Source of the DNA: a virus
Virus record (IMG/VR): IMGVR_UViG_3300003323_001187
DNA length: 64,000 nucleotides
Strand: one strand, 5' to 3'
Positions 7,103 to 14,321 of this stretch are shown piece by piece. The translations under genes and the position numbers were made by a program. Position 1 is the stretch's first letter. Every line of letters starts with the position of its first letter. A model generated the notes under the pieces. That model was not told the origin of the DNA and ran no database searches. It was given only the letters and a program-made list of their open reading frames with translations.

Positions 7103-7415
7103 GGGGTTGGTTTTCGTTGTAGTATTCTGTCAGAATAATAGAGACAATATCAAAAGTATCGAAGACACTTTCAAACATGGCCTGTATAAGTTCAACTTTC
7201 CTGTCATCAGTGATTTCAATTTTCTCGTCGATCTTTCTGACCACCGGCATGATCCAGTCCCATGATTTATGGTAAAGCATATCTTTTGCGGCGATCAAGT
7301 CTGCTCCGTTGGGGAATTGCCCGTCAATGACCATTCGTTGTTCATCTGGGCGTGGAGACATTGGGTATGCGCCCATGAATTTGGATATTGTGATAGTTTT
7401 GTCAATTGTTGTCAT
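7092..7415 (-). CDS. hypothetical protein, paralog of 7871..8218
   Basis: Shares MTT..K...I..F.G and LYHxSWDW(I/L)xPV motifs with 7871..8218. Confidence 0.6.
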   Translation of the reverse strand: MTTIDKTITISKFMGAYPMSPRPDEQRMVIDGQFPNGADLIAAKDMLYHKSWDWIMPVVRKIDEKIEITDDRKVELIQAMFESVFDTFDIVSIILTEYYNENQPHGK

Positions 7416-7419
7416 TTTT

Positions 7420-7641
7420 CTAGTTTTTAGACATTAATGCATTTGCCTTTTTGGATTCTCTGTCATATTTCTTTTTGGAAACTTCAACATATCCAACCGG
7501 TTTCAAATTTTCTCCAATAGGTTCGTTTCCACGATACCAGTATGTAGGGAATTTTATTGAGTATTCGCTTTGAGGAAATGTCTGGCAGCGAATCAAATCA
7601 CCTGTGTTTGAGTTTTTATAGTACTTATAGACTGCTGACAT
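7420..7641 (-). CDS. hypothetical protein
   Basis: 73-aa ORF. Confidence 0.5.
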   Translation of the reverse strand: MSAVYKYYKNSNTGDLIRCQTFPQSEYSIKFPTYWYRGNEPIGENLKPVGYVEVSKKKYDRESKKANALMSKN

Positions 7642-7652
7642 GGTTATCTGTT

Positions 7653-7874
7653 TTAGATTGATGTTGTTATGAGATAGACCGTTGTTCCTTTCAGGTTGTG
7701 ACTATCGATCCAACTGTGTCGCACGTGATTTTCTTTTTTGTAGGCCATTGCGTGGTAACGCTTGGTTGCCTTGTTGTATTTTCCTCGGACGTAATAGTCG
7801 AGTTTGTGATCCGGATTGAAGACAAATGCCTGCCCTTCCCGGAGTTTTTCTATCGTTGTTTTTTTGGTGTTCAT
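7653..7874 (-). CDS. hypothetical protein
   Basis: 73-aa basic ORF; 4-nt overlap with the upstream gene. Confidence 0.5.
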   Translation of the reverse strand: MNTKKTTIEKLREGQAFVFNPDHKLDYYVRGKYNKATKRYHAMAYKKENHVRHSWIDSHNLKGTTVYLITTSI

Positions 7875-8218
7875 GGCTGTTTATTTTCATTATACCACTG
7901 GATCGCCTGGAATAGTTTTTCATGGGCTTCCTTGATTTCGCCGTTGAGAATTTGCTGTCCTGCTTCATGAACAAGCATTGGCCCGTTATGATAAGCCCTG
8001 TTTCGTTTTGATACTGATCTGATTTCAGTGCTTGCTTTTACGAACACAGGGATAAGCCAGTCGTAGGATTCATGGAAATAAAGGTTATCCGATACGTTTC
8101 CTATGAAACCAGTAAAACCATTAAATTCCCACCTCGTGCCCTGGGCATCGATAGGGATTTCTTTTTGTTCCCACCCTATAAATTCAGCGATCACTACGTT
8201 TTTCTCAGTTGTTGTCAT
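7871..8218 (-). CDS. hypothetical protein, paralog of 7092..7415
   Basis: 115 aa; same N-terminal and YDWLIPV motifs as 7092..7415. Confidence 0.6.
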   Translation of the reverse strand: MTTTEKNVVIAEFIGWEQKEIPIDAQGTRWEFNGFTGFIGNVSDNLYFHESYDWLIPVFVKASTEIRSVSKRNRAYHNGPMLVHEAGQQILNGEIKEAHEKLFQAIQWYNENKQP

Positions 8219-8223
8219 GGCTC

Positions 8224-8373
8224 TTATTTTTCGTCGATGAACATGTGGTTTACATGTGATTTGATTTTGCGCTGAAGCATGGCCTTTGCCTTTTTTCTTG
8301 CTTCTGTCTTGTTCTTTGCTTTCACAGTTAATTCCATGCTGTAAAAGTCGATGTCCACTGAGTATGTTTTCAT
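8224..8373 (-). CDS. hypothetical small basic protein (49 aa, below track cutoff)
   Basis: Own translation: MKTYSVDIDFYSMELTVKAKNKTEARKKAKAMLQRKIKSHVNHMFIDEK. Fills the gap between neighbouring genes. Confidence 0.4.
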   Translation of the reverse strand: MKTYSVDIDFYSMELTVKAKNKTEARKKAKAMLQRKIKSHVNHMFIDEK

Positions 8374-8384
8374 AGATTCAATGC

Positions 8385-8777
8385 TTAGTAAGTAATTCCG
8401 TGTTTCTCACTCAGACGGATGAGGCGGAAGGCCATCAGGCTAAACCAGTTGTTGATTACAGCTTGTTCCTGTCTGTCGGTTGCGTCTGGTGATAGTAAAT
8501 GCCATTCTTTAGCGAGTTCGATCATTCGACGGTATTCGGAGTCAATGTTAATAGTGGATGGAAGGCCCATGAACCAGCTTGCTAGAAGATTCTTCGTGTT
8601 ATTATGTCTGCGCCAGTTGTGGCTATACTCCGAAATAAAACGGTCGTAAACCAATTGCAGTTTTTCCGTGTCCGTTCCTTCGTGGTCGATGCATTCAAGG
8701 ATGTATTTCTCAACGCTTGCAATAAATGCTTTGGAGTTTGTTCTAAGTGTTTTCATGGCTTGTATTTTAGAGGTCAT
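8385..8777 (-). CDS. hypothetical protein
   Basis: Track ORF 8385..8840. The ATG at 8777 (MTSKIQAMK) leaves an 11-nt overlap, versus 74 nt with the 8840 start. Confidence 0.5.
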   Translation of the reverse strand: MTSKIQAMKTLRTNSKAFIASVEKYILECIDHEGTDTEKLQLVYDRFISEYSHNWRRHNNTKNLLASWFMGLPSTINIDSEYRRMIELAKEWHLLSPDATDRQEQAVINNWFSLMAFRLIRLSEKHGITY

Positions 8778-8955
8778 AATGAGATATTCCGCTGTTTCCT
8801 TTTTTATTGAACACCTCTTTATTGTCAATGTATATTTCAATTTCTGTTTCAGAGCTGCCTTCCCAAGGCACGTATGCGCATATTTCAGCGTTGTATTTTT
8901 TAAGCAGTTCTTTCAGTTCCTTTTTGAAGTCTTCGTGTCTTTGATCTTCTGTCAT
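8767..8955 (-). CDS. hypothetical protein
   Basis: ATG at 8955 (MTEDQRHEDF...) inside track ORF 8767..9042; abuts the stop of 8960..9202. Confidence 0.45.
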   Translation of the reverse strand: MTEDQRHEDFKKELKELLKKYNAEICAYVPWEGSSETEIEIYIDNKEVFNKKGNSGISHYDL

Positions 8956-8959
8956 GGCT

Positions 8960-9202
8960 TTATTTATTGATGTGGTCGAAAATGAGTGTATTGATGTCGT
9001 TGCAAGTGTCTTGCAGGTTGTAAGACTGGAATACAATTCCACCGCCGTATTGTTTGTTGCGGAATTTACGGCCTCCGATTTTGTTAGCCAGCTTAACCGC
9101 CTGCTGATATGTGTCGGTATTGAATTTTAGGAAGTGGCAAACATACCGTGGGTTGCCGTACATATCGTTGTTGATGCGTGTGAAGTCGTTTGGAGTAATC
9201 AT
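8960..9202 (-). CDS. hypothetical protein
   Basis: 80-aa ORF (NDMYGNPRYVCHF...GGGIVFQSYN). Confidence 0.55.
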   Translation of the reverse strand: MITPNDFTRINNDMYGNPRYVCHFLKFNTDTYQQAVKLANKIGGRKFRNKQYGGGIVFQSYNLQDTCNDINTLIFDHINK

Positions 9203-9283
9203 GGTGTTTTGTTTTTGCCCCGGCGATGGATTCGAACCAAGCCCCGTTATTATTTGCGGGTGCGCCGTGCGGCCGGGAGGTTA

Positions 9284-9682
9284 TTAATTTTCGTTATCTG
9301 TAAGAAAGTATCCGTAGATATCTGCAATGAGATCATCTGACTTTATACCAGATTCTGCTATTGCTTCGTCCAATCTTTTCTTTGAAGGAAGATTGGAATC
9401 GCGTCGAAATCCGAATCTCTTCACAAATTGCTCCAGTGTGTGGATCTTTTCCAAGTCTGATTTTTCAGGGATCATGCTGCTTACCCCTTCTTTTAGTACC
9501 GCCCTGGCCATGCCTATTGTGTCAGGATGCCGGGGATTGTCGTATATGTCCATAGCATATTCTTCAATTTCATCATCGGGTATCCCTTCAGTGTCTTTGT
9601 CAACAACGTGTATCAATACATCTTCGTCTGAGTGAATGGCCTGTACAACGCCTCCTTCTACGATTATTACAATTCTGTTCAT
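9284..9682 (-). CDS. hypothetical protein
   Basis: ATG at 9682 (MNRIVIIVEGG...) inside track ORF 9284..9766. The upstream part is Cys/Arg-rich and looks non-coding. Confidence 0.5.
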   Translation of the reverse strand: MNRIVIIVEGGVVQAIHSDEDVLIHVVDKDTEGIPDDEIEEYAMDIYDNPRHPDTIGMARAVLKEGVSSMIPEKSDLEKIHTLEQFVKRFGFRRDSNLPSKKRLDEAIAESGIKSDDLIADIYGYFLTDNEN

Positions 9683-9684
9683 GG

Positions 9685-9801
9685 TTATTCGGATATTGCC
9701 CCGCACGACCAGAGCGTTACAAGTGTCCCTACAATGACGGCAGCAAAGCCTGTCCAGAGCGCCCATTCAGGGCTATTTTTGATGGTGTTCAGTGTTTTCA
9801 T
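9685..9801 (-). CDS. 38-aa single-pass membrane peptide (below track cutoff)
   Basis: Own translation: MKTLNTIKNSPEWALWTGFAAVIVGTLVTLWSCGAISE. The stop lies 2 nt before the next ATG. Confidence 0.35.
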   Translation of the reverse strand: MKTLNTIKNSPEWALWTGFAAVIVGTLVTLWSCGAISE

Positions 9802-9821
9802 AAGTGTTTGAATTGTTGTGT

Positions 9822-9968
9822 TTAGTACCCTAGAAATTCTCTTAGTTCGTCCGGTCCAAAATCTGTGCAGTCTGTACGCGTTCCGTCTTCGTCTACAGCT
9901 ATTACCTTGTCGTTTTCAAGTACCACATTTACCCCGTGGTTTCTCAGTATTCTTGCAATTCTGCTCAT
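9822..9968 (-). CDS. hypothetical protein (48 aa, below track cutoff)
   Basis: Own translation: MSRIARILRNHGVNVVLENDKVIAVDEDGTRTDCTDFGPDELREFLGY. Confidence 0.4.
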   Translation of the reverse strand: MSRIARILRNHGVNVVLENDKVIAVDEDGTRTDCTDFGPDELREFLGY

Positions 9969-10392
9969 TTTGATTGATTGTTAGCGCCGCCCCGGGACCC
10001 GAACCCGGTGTGTATGCCATCGCGGCTTGGTGTTATGCTGCAGATGTCGTTTCCGATCTGCCTGCAGCGGTTTGGTCCGTCCGGACCTAAGTTAACGTCC
10101 TCAAACGTTGCAATGTGTTGTTAAATAAGATGTTTTGATTGTTGCACGCCGCGTTGTACCGCGTGCTTTCCTGTTTTTCCGTGATAACCGGAACGTGTCA
10201 CCGCCCGCTATTATCCGTTTTGATCAACAGGGCCGGAAGACCACAGTTAACCCGGTGAATAAAGCCTTTTTTTACTCCGACTAACACCGCCGCGTATGAG
10301 TCACGCGTCCCACAATGGTCTCCACGTATCGCTTCACAGCGTACAACCTATACCATTGAGTTTATTCTCATTATCAGTATGTCAAAGAACGA

Positions 10393-10584
10393 TTATTCGT
10401 CAGTTTTTTCCTTGCTTGGCAACTTGTCGATCCATTGGCGCAATTTGTCGTTGTCGGTGTTACCGTATCGCTGTCTTATGATGTCTATCAGATCACCAGT
10501 AATGCGAACCGTAAATGAACCTCCAGAGCTTTTGCGTCCTGCACCGGGCCTTTGCCCGCCGTGCGTGTTTTTCGCTTTTGCCAT
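10393..10584 (-). CDS. small basic protein, possible DNA-binding
   Basis: 63 aa; MAKAKNTHGGQRPGAGRK N-terminus. A consensus -7 box lies 4 nt upstream of the ATG. Confidence 0.55.
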   Translation of the reverse strand: MAKAKNTHGGQRPGAGRKSSGGSFTVRITGDLIDIIRQRYGNTDNDKLRQWIDKLPSKEKTDE

Positions 10585-10625
10585 GATACAAAGGTAAGTT
10601 ATAAATTTGAATTGTGCAACAGTTT
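10585..10625 (-). promoter_or_regulatory. Bacteroidota-type promoter A (TTG-20 nt-TACCTTTG), essentially leaderless
   Basis: Minus strand reads GTTGCACAATTCAAATTTATAACTTACCTTTGTATCATG. About 40 bp are near-identical to promoter B. Confidence 0.6.
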
Positions 10626-10839
10626 TCTAGTATTTAACATTTCGGCCGGGAAACCTAACCGTTAAAGGCAATCTATACTCGTCGTACGTACATCCTGTAA
10701 CGCTCTCGTTAGGGTTCCTAAACCATTAAGCTTATCAAACCTATGATCCTGCTATTATGTCAATTCATTCGACATTGGCGGCCCCGTTGGGCTCTGTCTA
10801 AGACGCCTCCCGGCGTTTCGTCCATTCAGGACTCATCAG

Positions 10840-11004
10840 TTAGACTTGCGCTGTAAAATCGGCTGCATCCTGCTCTGTAAGCTCCTGCACCGAAATGATG
10901 GAGATTGTAAGCCCATCACGCTTGCGAATGTCATCGGCAAAGATTCGGCTGTTAACGAAGCCGGTAGTGTGCGCGAATGACACTAAAAAGAATCGCTTTT
11001 TCAT
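10840..11004 (-). CDS. hypothetical protein (54 aa, below track cutoff)
   Basis: Own translation: MKKRFFLVSFAHTTGFVNSRIFADDIRKRDGLTISIISVQELTEQDAADFTAQV. Lies about 65 nt downstream of promoter B. Confidence 0.4.
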   Translation of the reverse strand: MKKRFFLVSFAHTTGFVNSRIFADDIRKRDGLTISIISVQELTEQDAADFTAQV

Positions 11005-11065
11005 AAATCAAAGTGTTTAGTTAAACATCTGTCAGAGTGAAACCGGTTCGTTAACCGCTGCTGAC

Positions 11066-11105
11066 AATACAAAGGTACGAATACTTTTGAATTATGCAAC
11101 ACTTT
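11066..11105 (-). promoter_or_regulatory. Bacteroidota-type promoter B (TTG-19 nt-TACCTTTG)
   Basis: Minus strand reads GTTGCATAATTCAAAAGTATTCGTACCTTTGTATTG, followed by a 5' hairpin (GTCAG...CTGAC). Confidence 0.55.
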
Positions 11106-12219
11106 TCAATAAATAATTTCAAAGAAAATTTAAAAACCCAGCAAACACAGGTGTTACAGAGCGAAAAAAAATGATAAGCAACGCCCTTACACGTGCGCAC
11201 ACGCGAAGCAATACCCAAATTAGGGTCCCTAACACTGGCCGGACGGTCCCGACGGACCAGGAAGCCGGGAAAACCTGCAACTACCCGAACGGCCGGGAAA
11301 ACCAGCTATGTAGACTCAATCACTACTACATACAGTAGCATTACTACTAGCAGACATAACATACCCAAACACCACAAACCCAAATCCCAAACAACCAACC
11401 ACTCAAACTGCAAACCATAGGCGGCGCCAGCCGCCAGTATAGGAAGCTGGAAGGGTGGGAAATGGAGGGGCGTATAATTGTCCAGCCACACAAATAAACC
11501 ACACGTAAACACTGGCCAAAATAGCGATCTCTTACACTACTATATATAAGCGTGTGAACCCGCTGCGAATATGCCATGTAATTACTATTATGTTAAATAG
11601 CAGCTGAACCACCAGCAAACACTGGGAAAAACGAGTTTCCCTCCACCCTACCCCACCATCATACGAGGCCACCACAAAAAAAGACCTGCAGCATAAGAGC
11701 CAAGGCACTGCACACCAGCAGCAGCAAGGCATACAGCCTGCAGGCGTGGAGCGGCGGCAATCAATACTAGACCCCCACCCCCTAAGCTGGAGCCGTTTCC
11801 GATTGGCTGGAGGGGAGGGGGCCGATCGTAGGAGGATTACCCCCAGCATACACAAACCATTTTTTCTCACGCCAAATACCGCCACATCCAATACCAAAGC
11901 CAACACCAACACCGATCCAACACCAGCCCAACAAAACCCAGGAACCAGCTATAAACCTCAATAAAACAAGACACTTCAACCATGTGACATACCCCAAGGA
12001 ACAACTCAGCTCTTATGGCCATGAGTTTAGGATGATACGACAACACTCTTGTATTGTTTATTTTTAATATATACACAAGCTTAATATCACATGTGTAATG
12101 TCATCGCACTGATCAATTGAAAATAATGCTAGTATGGGCTTTAAAATAAGCATCGACACCTGAGATAGAATGGGGGAGGGGGCTTCTTTGGTACCATGCC
12201 GGGTACCCGTAGACACAAA

Positions 12220-12423
12220 CTACCTGGACTTTGCCTTGCCTCCACGGCGACTCTTCATGACCTGGCAGTCAAAGTAGACAATGAAATGGCCTACACACCA
12301 CGGTGAGTCTGACTTGTGGCGGTTTATTGTTGTAGTGTGGCGATCGATTATCTTGGAAATTTGGGTGATGTCGTTACACACGATAGCCTCGTGATCAATG
12401 ACATTCAATACTACATGTGTCAT
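12220..12423 (-). CDS. hypothetical protein
   Basis: 67-aa ORF; last gene before the ORF-free region. Confidence 0.45.
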   Translation of the reverse strand: MTHVVLNVIDHEAIVCNDITQISKIIDRHTTTINRHKSDSPWCVGHFIVYFDCQVMKSRRGGKAKSR

Positions 12424-12454
12424 ATTATGCTATGTTTGTCGCCGACTAATATAA

Positions 12455-12490
12455 CAAAAAAATGAAAAAGGCCCGGAAAGATCCGAGCCC
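12455..12490 (-). terminator. rho-independent terminator
   Basis: Minus strand reads GGCTCGGATCTTTCCGGGCC: an 8-bp stem (one G.U pair), 4-nt loop, then TTTTTCATTTTTTT. Confidence 0.7.
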
Positions 12491-12524
12491 TTTGTAGTAG
12501 TAAGCGAGATAGATGGTGATATTA

Positions 12525-12701
12525 CTATGCTTCTTCTTCGAGTTGTTTGATAACGATTGCATGCGGAGGGAACCGGTGTACGAGTTCTGAACCGATTAAG
12601 AAGTTGATCGAATGTTCATAGACGATGAAGTCGTCGGCGATCACATCAAACCAACAATCATTTGAACCATCCTTGCTTGCGAATACTTTGTACTTGTTCA
12701 T
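12525..12701 (-). CDS. hypothetical protein (58 aa, below track cutoff)
   Basis: Own translation: MNKYKVFASKDGSNDCWFDVIADDFIVYEHSINFLIGSELVHRFPPHAIVIKQLEEEA. Followed by the terminator. Confidence 0.45.
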   Translation of the reverse strand: MNKYKVFASKDGSNDCWFDVIADDFIVYEHSINFLIGSELVHRFPPHAIVIKQLEEEA

Positions 12702-12721
12702 GTTGCTACGGATTTAAGTTG

Positions 12722-13213
12722 TTACTCAACGCACCAGTCAGTTGCCAGCATGTCGGTCTGGGAGGCGAGCCACCCCATGAGGATCTCGCCGGTTGCTGTC
12801 TTGAAGGTGAGGCATGGCAGCACGGTGCATGATCCGCCATTCTCCTGAGCATACTTTTGGTTTGCCGGGGACCAGAATGCTTCGGCTGGGAAGTTGGGCA
12901 TGCCAGGAGAGTAGGCAATGAACATTCCTTTGCCATTCCATCCGGACCGGTACGCACGTCCGCCCTTCTTGATGTGTTCGATTGCTTCACCAAATGATTT
13001 TAGAACTCCATGGTCCACCTCAAATACTGTCTGTTGAAATTCTTTGTTTAGAACGTCGTTTGATTTACGTTCATCTACCTGGAAGTCGTTCAGGCTGAAT
13101 GCCTCTTCTTGATGCACCGGATACTGACGCAAGTGGTCAGCTGTCGCTTCATCTACCTGGAAAGACTTCTGTCCGTCGGGATAGCCATTTTGTTCGTCTG
13201 TGATGTTTACCAT
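12722..13213 (-). CDS. DUF2829/Tad2-like domain protein with a repeat-containing N-terminal extension
   Basis: C-terminal 90 aa read FGEAIEHIKKGGRAYRSGWNGKGMFI...LPCLTFKTATGEILMGWLASQTDMLATDW, matching the DUF2829 signature. The N-terminal 70 aa carry three F(Q/E)VD(E/H) repeats. Confidence 0.7.
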   Translation of the reverse strand: MVNITDEQNGYPDGQKSFQVDEATADHLRQYPVHQEEAFSLNDFQVDERKSNDVLNKEFQQTVFEVDHGVLKSFGEAIEHIKKGGRAYRSGWNGKGMFIAYSPGMPNFPAEAFWSPANQKYAQENGGSCTVLPCLTFKTATGEILMGWLASQTDMLATDWCVE

Positions 13214-13533
13214 ACGATGTTTTTGAGATGATTGTTGATTTTGTTGAGCTGGTTGACCAGCGCCTCCGTCTTACCCATGTAGGTAATGAGGTGATCTTCG
13301 ATTGTGGCGTATTTTGGCTCGCCGGAGCTTCCGATCTGAGCCTGGGATTCTTTGCCAATCATTCCTTCAGGCGGGTATTGCGCGATGTGGCTAACCCTGT
13401 CGCTGATCTCATTGATCAGGTGCGCGATGTTGTCGATCTCATCGTGGATCATCATTATCTTCTGATACATGGAAGGTGTTTTCTCTTCATAGTTGAGGGT
13501 GCCCACCGGGAGGCCGTTCGTTGGTTCATTCAT
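13207..13533 (-). CDS. hypothetical protein
   Basis: 108-aa ORF; 7-nt overlap with the downstream gene. Confidence 0.55.
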   Translation of the reverse strand: MNEPTNGLPVGTLNYEEKTPSMYQKIMMIHDEIDNIAHLINEISDRVSHIAQYPPEGMIGKESQAQIGSSGEPKYATIEDHLITYMGKTEALVNQLNKINNHLKNIVW

Positions 13534-13637
13534 GTTGTTTGCTTTTTGGACTGATTATTTAAAAATTTGATTCATGTTGAGCTGGACATCGAGGAGAGCT
13601 CTTCCATTATCTCTTGAAACATTGTTATGGGGTTTGT

Positions 13638-14318
13638 TTAATCCTTCCATGTCACAGCTTTTACGGCACGCATCTGGGATGTCTCAGCGTCAGTGATCGC
13701 GATCGATGCGTGACGCTTCTGTTCTGCTGATCGATCAATCCTGTATGTGGCATTCTCAGATGGATCATGTGCGTTATAGACAACGCCTTTCCCGTCCCGG
13801 AAATCGTTCATGATGTCGATGATCTCGGCATGCAGCATTTTCAGCCGGAACACCAGGTCATCGCCGGAAGGATTGAATGTGATTCCGACAGCCTTCTGTC
13901 CGAAGGTTGGGTTGGCGGGATCATATCCTCTGGTAGATACGTAGGACATCGGGGATCCAGAACTAGAGGAAGCAATACCTACCATGCTGAAAGGATTAGG
14001 TTGAATCACTTCGATCGCAGTGGATTCCAATGTCTTCCAAAAGTTTTCATCAAACATGGTGTTCTGAGGTTGGTTACCGTCAATAGCTTCATTTTCCCCA
14101 GCTCCAAGGCCCACTTCCTCGAGAAACACAGCATGCCCTTTGGTTTTCGAAGGGTCCGGATCTTCCGGGATGTCCGGGACTTTATAGTGTGCTTTGGCAG
14201 ATGGGTAGGTGTGTCCTTTCTTGCACATCCCTTCCCCAAATGGGGTCAGGTCCAACATGACTCCCGGCGCTCCGCACTCAGGGCAGTAACCGTAATCGGC
14301 TTTCGTTTTTTCGCTCAT
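13638..14318 (-). CDS. zinc-ribbon protein with uncharacterised helical C-terminal domain
   Basis: 226 aa; CPECGAP...CKKGH ribbon, acidic/Pro linker, C-terminal FNPSGDD...HASIAITDAETSQMRAVKAV. Confidence 0.6.
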   Translation of the reverse strand: MSEKTKADYGYCPECGAPGVMLDLTPFGEGMCKKGHTYPSAKAHYKVPDIPEDPDPSKTKGHAVFLEEVGLGAGENEAIDGNQPQNTMFDENFWKTLESTAIEVIQPNPFSMVGIASSSSGSPMSYVSTRGYDPANPTFGQKAVGITFNPSGDDLVFRLKMLHAEIIDIMNDFRDGKGVVYNAHDPSENATYRIDRSAEQKRHASIAITDAETSQMRAVKAVTWKD

Positions 14319-14321
14319 AAC

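Noticed and set aside
9218-9278. tRNA fragment as an attP core for tRNA-targeted integration.
   Set aside because: No integrase, excisionase or repressor-like gene is visible anywhere in the window, and the gene content looks virulent.
9975-10062. Attempt to fold the T-arm-like hairpin region as a complete class II (85-nt) tRNA.
   Set aside because: A 6/7 acceptor pairing is possible, but no D arm or anticodon arm can be formed. The 5' strand is better used in the GCTGCAG/CTGCAGC hairpin.
11193-12076. Track ORFs of 68-126 aa on both strands within the ORF-free region.
   Set aside because: The translations are extreme low-complexity (Pro/Thr/Asn/Lys on plus; Cys/Trp/Gly/Val/Leu on minus), caused by the A+C versus G+T strand bias. 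They overlap each other in several frames.
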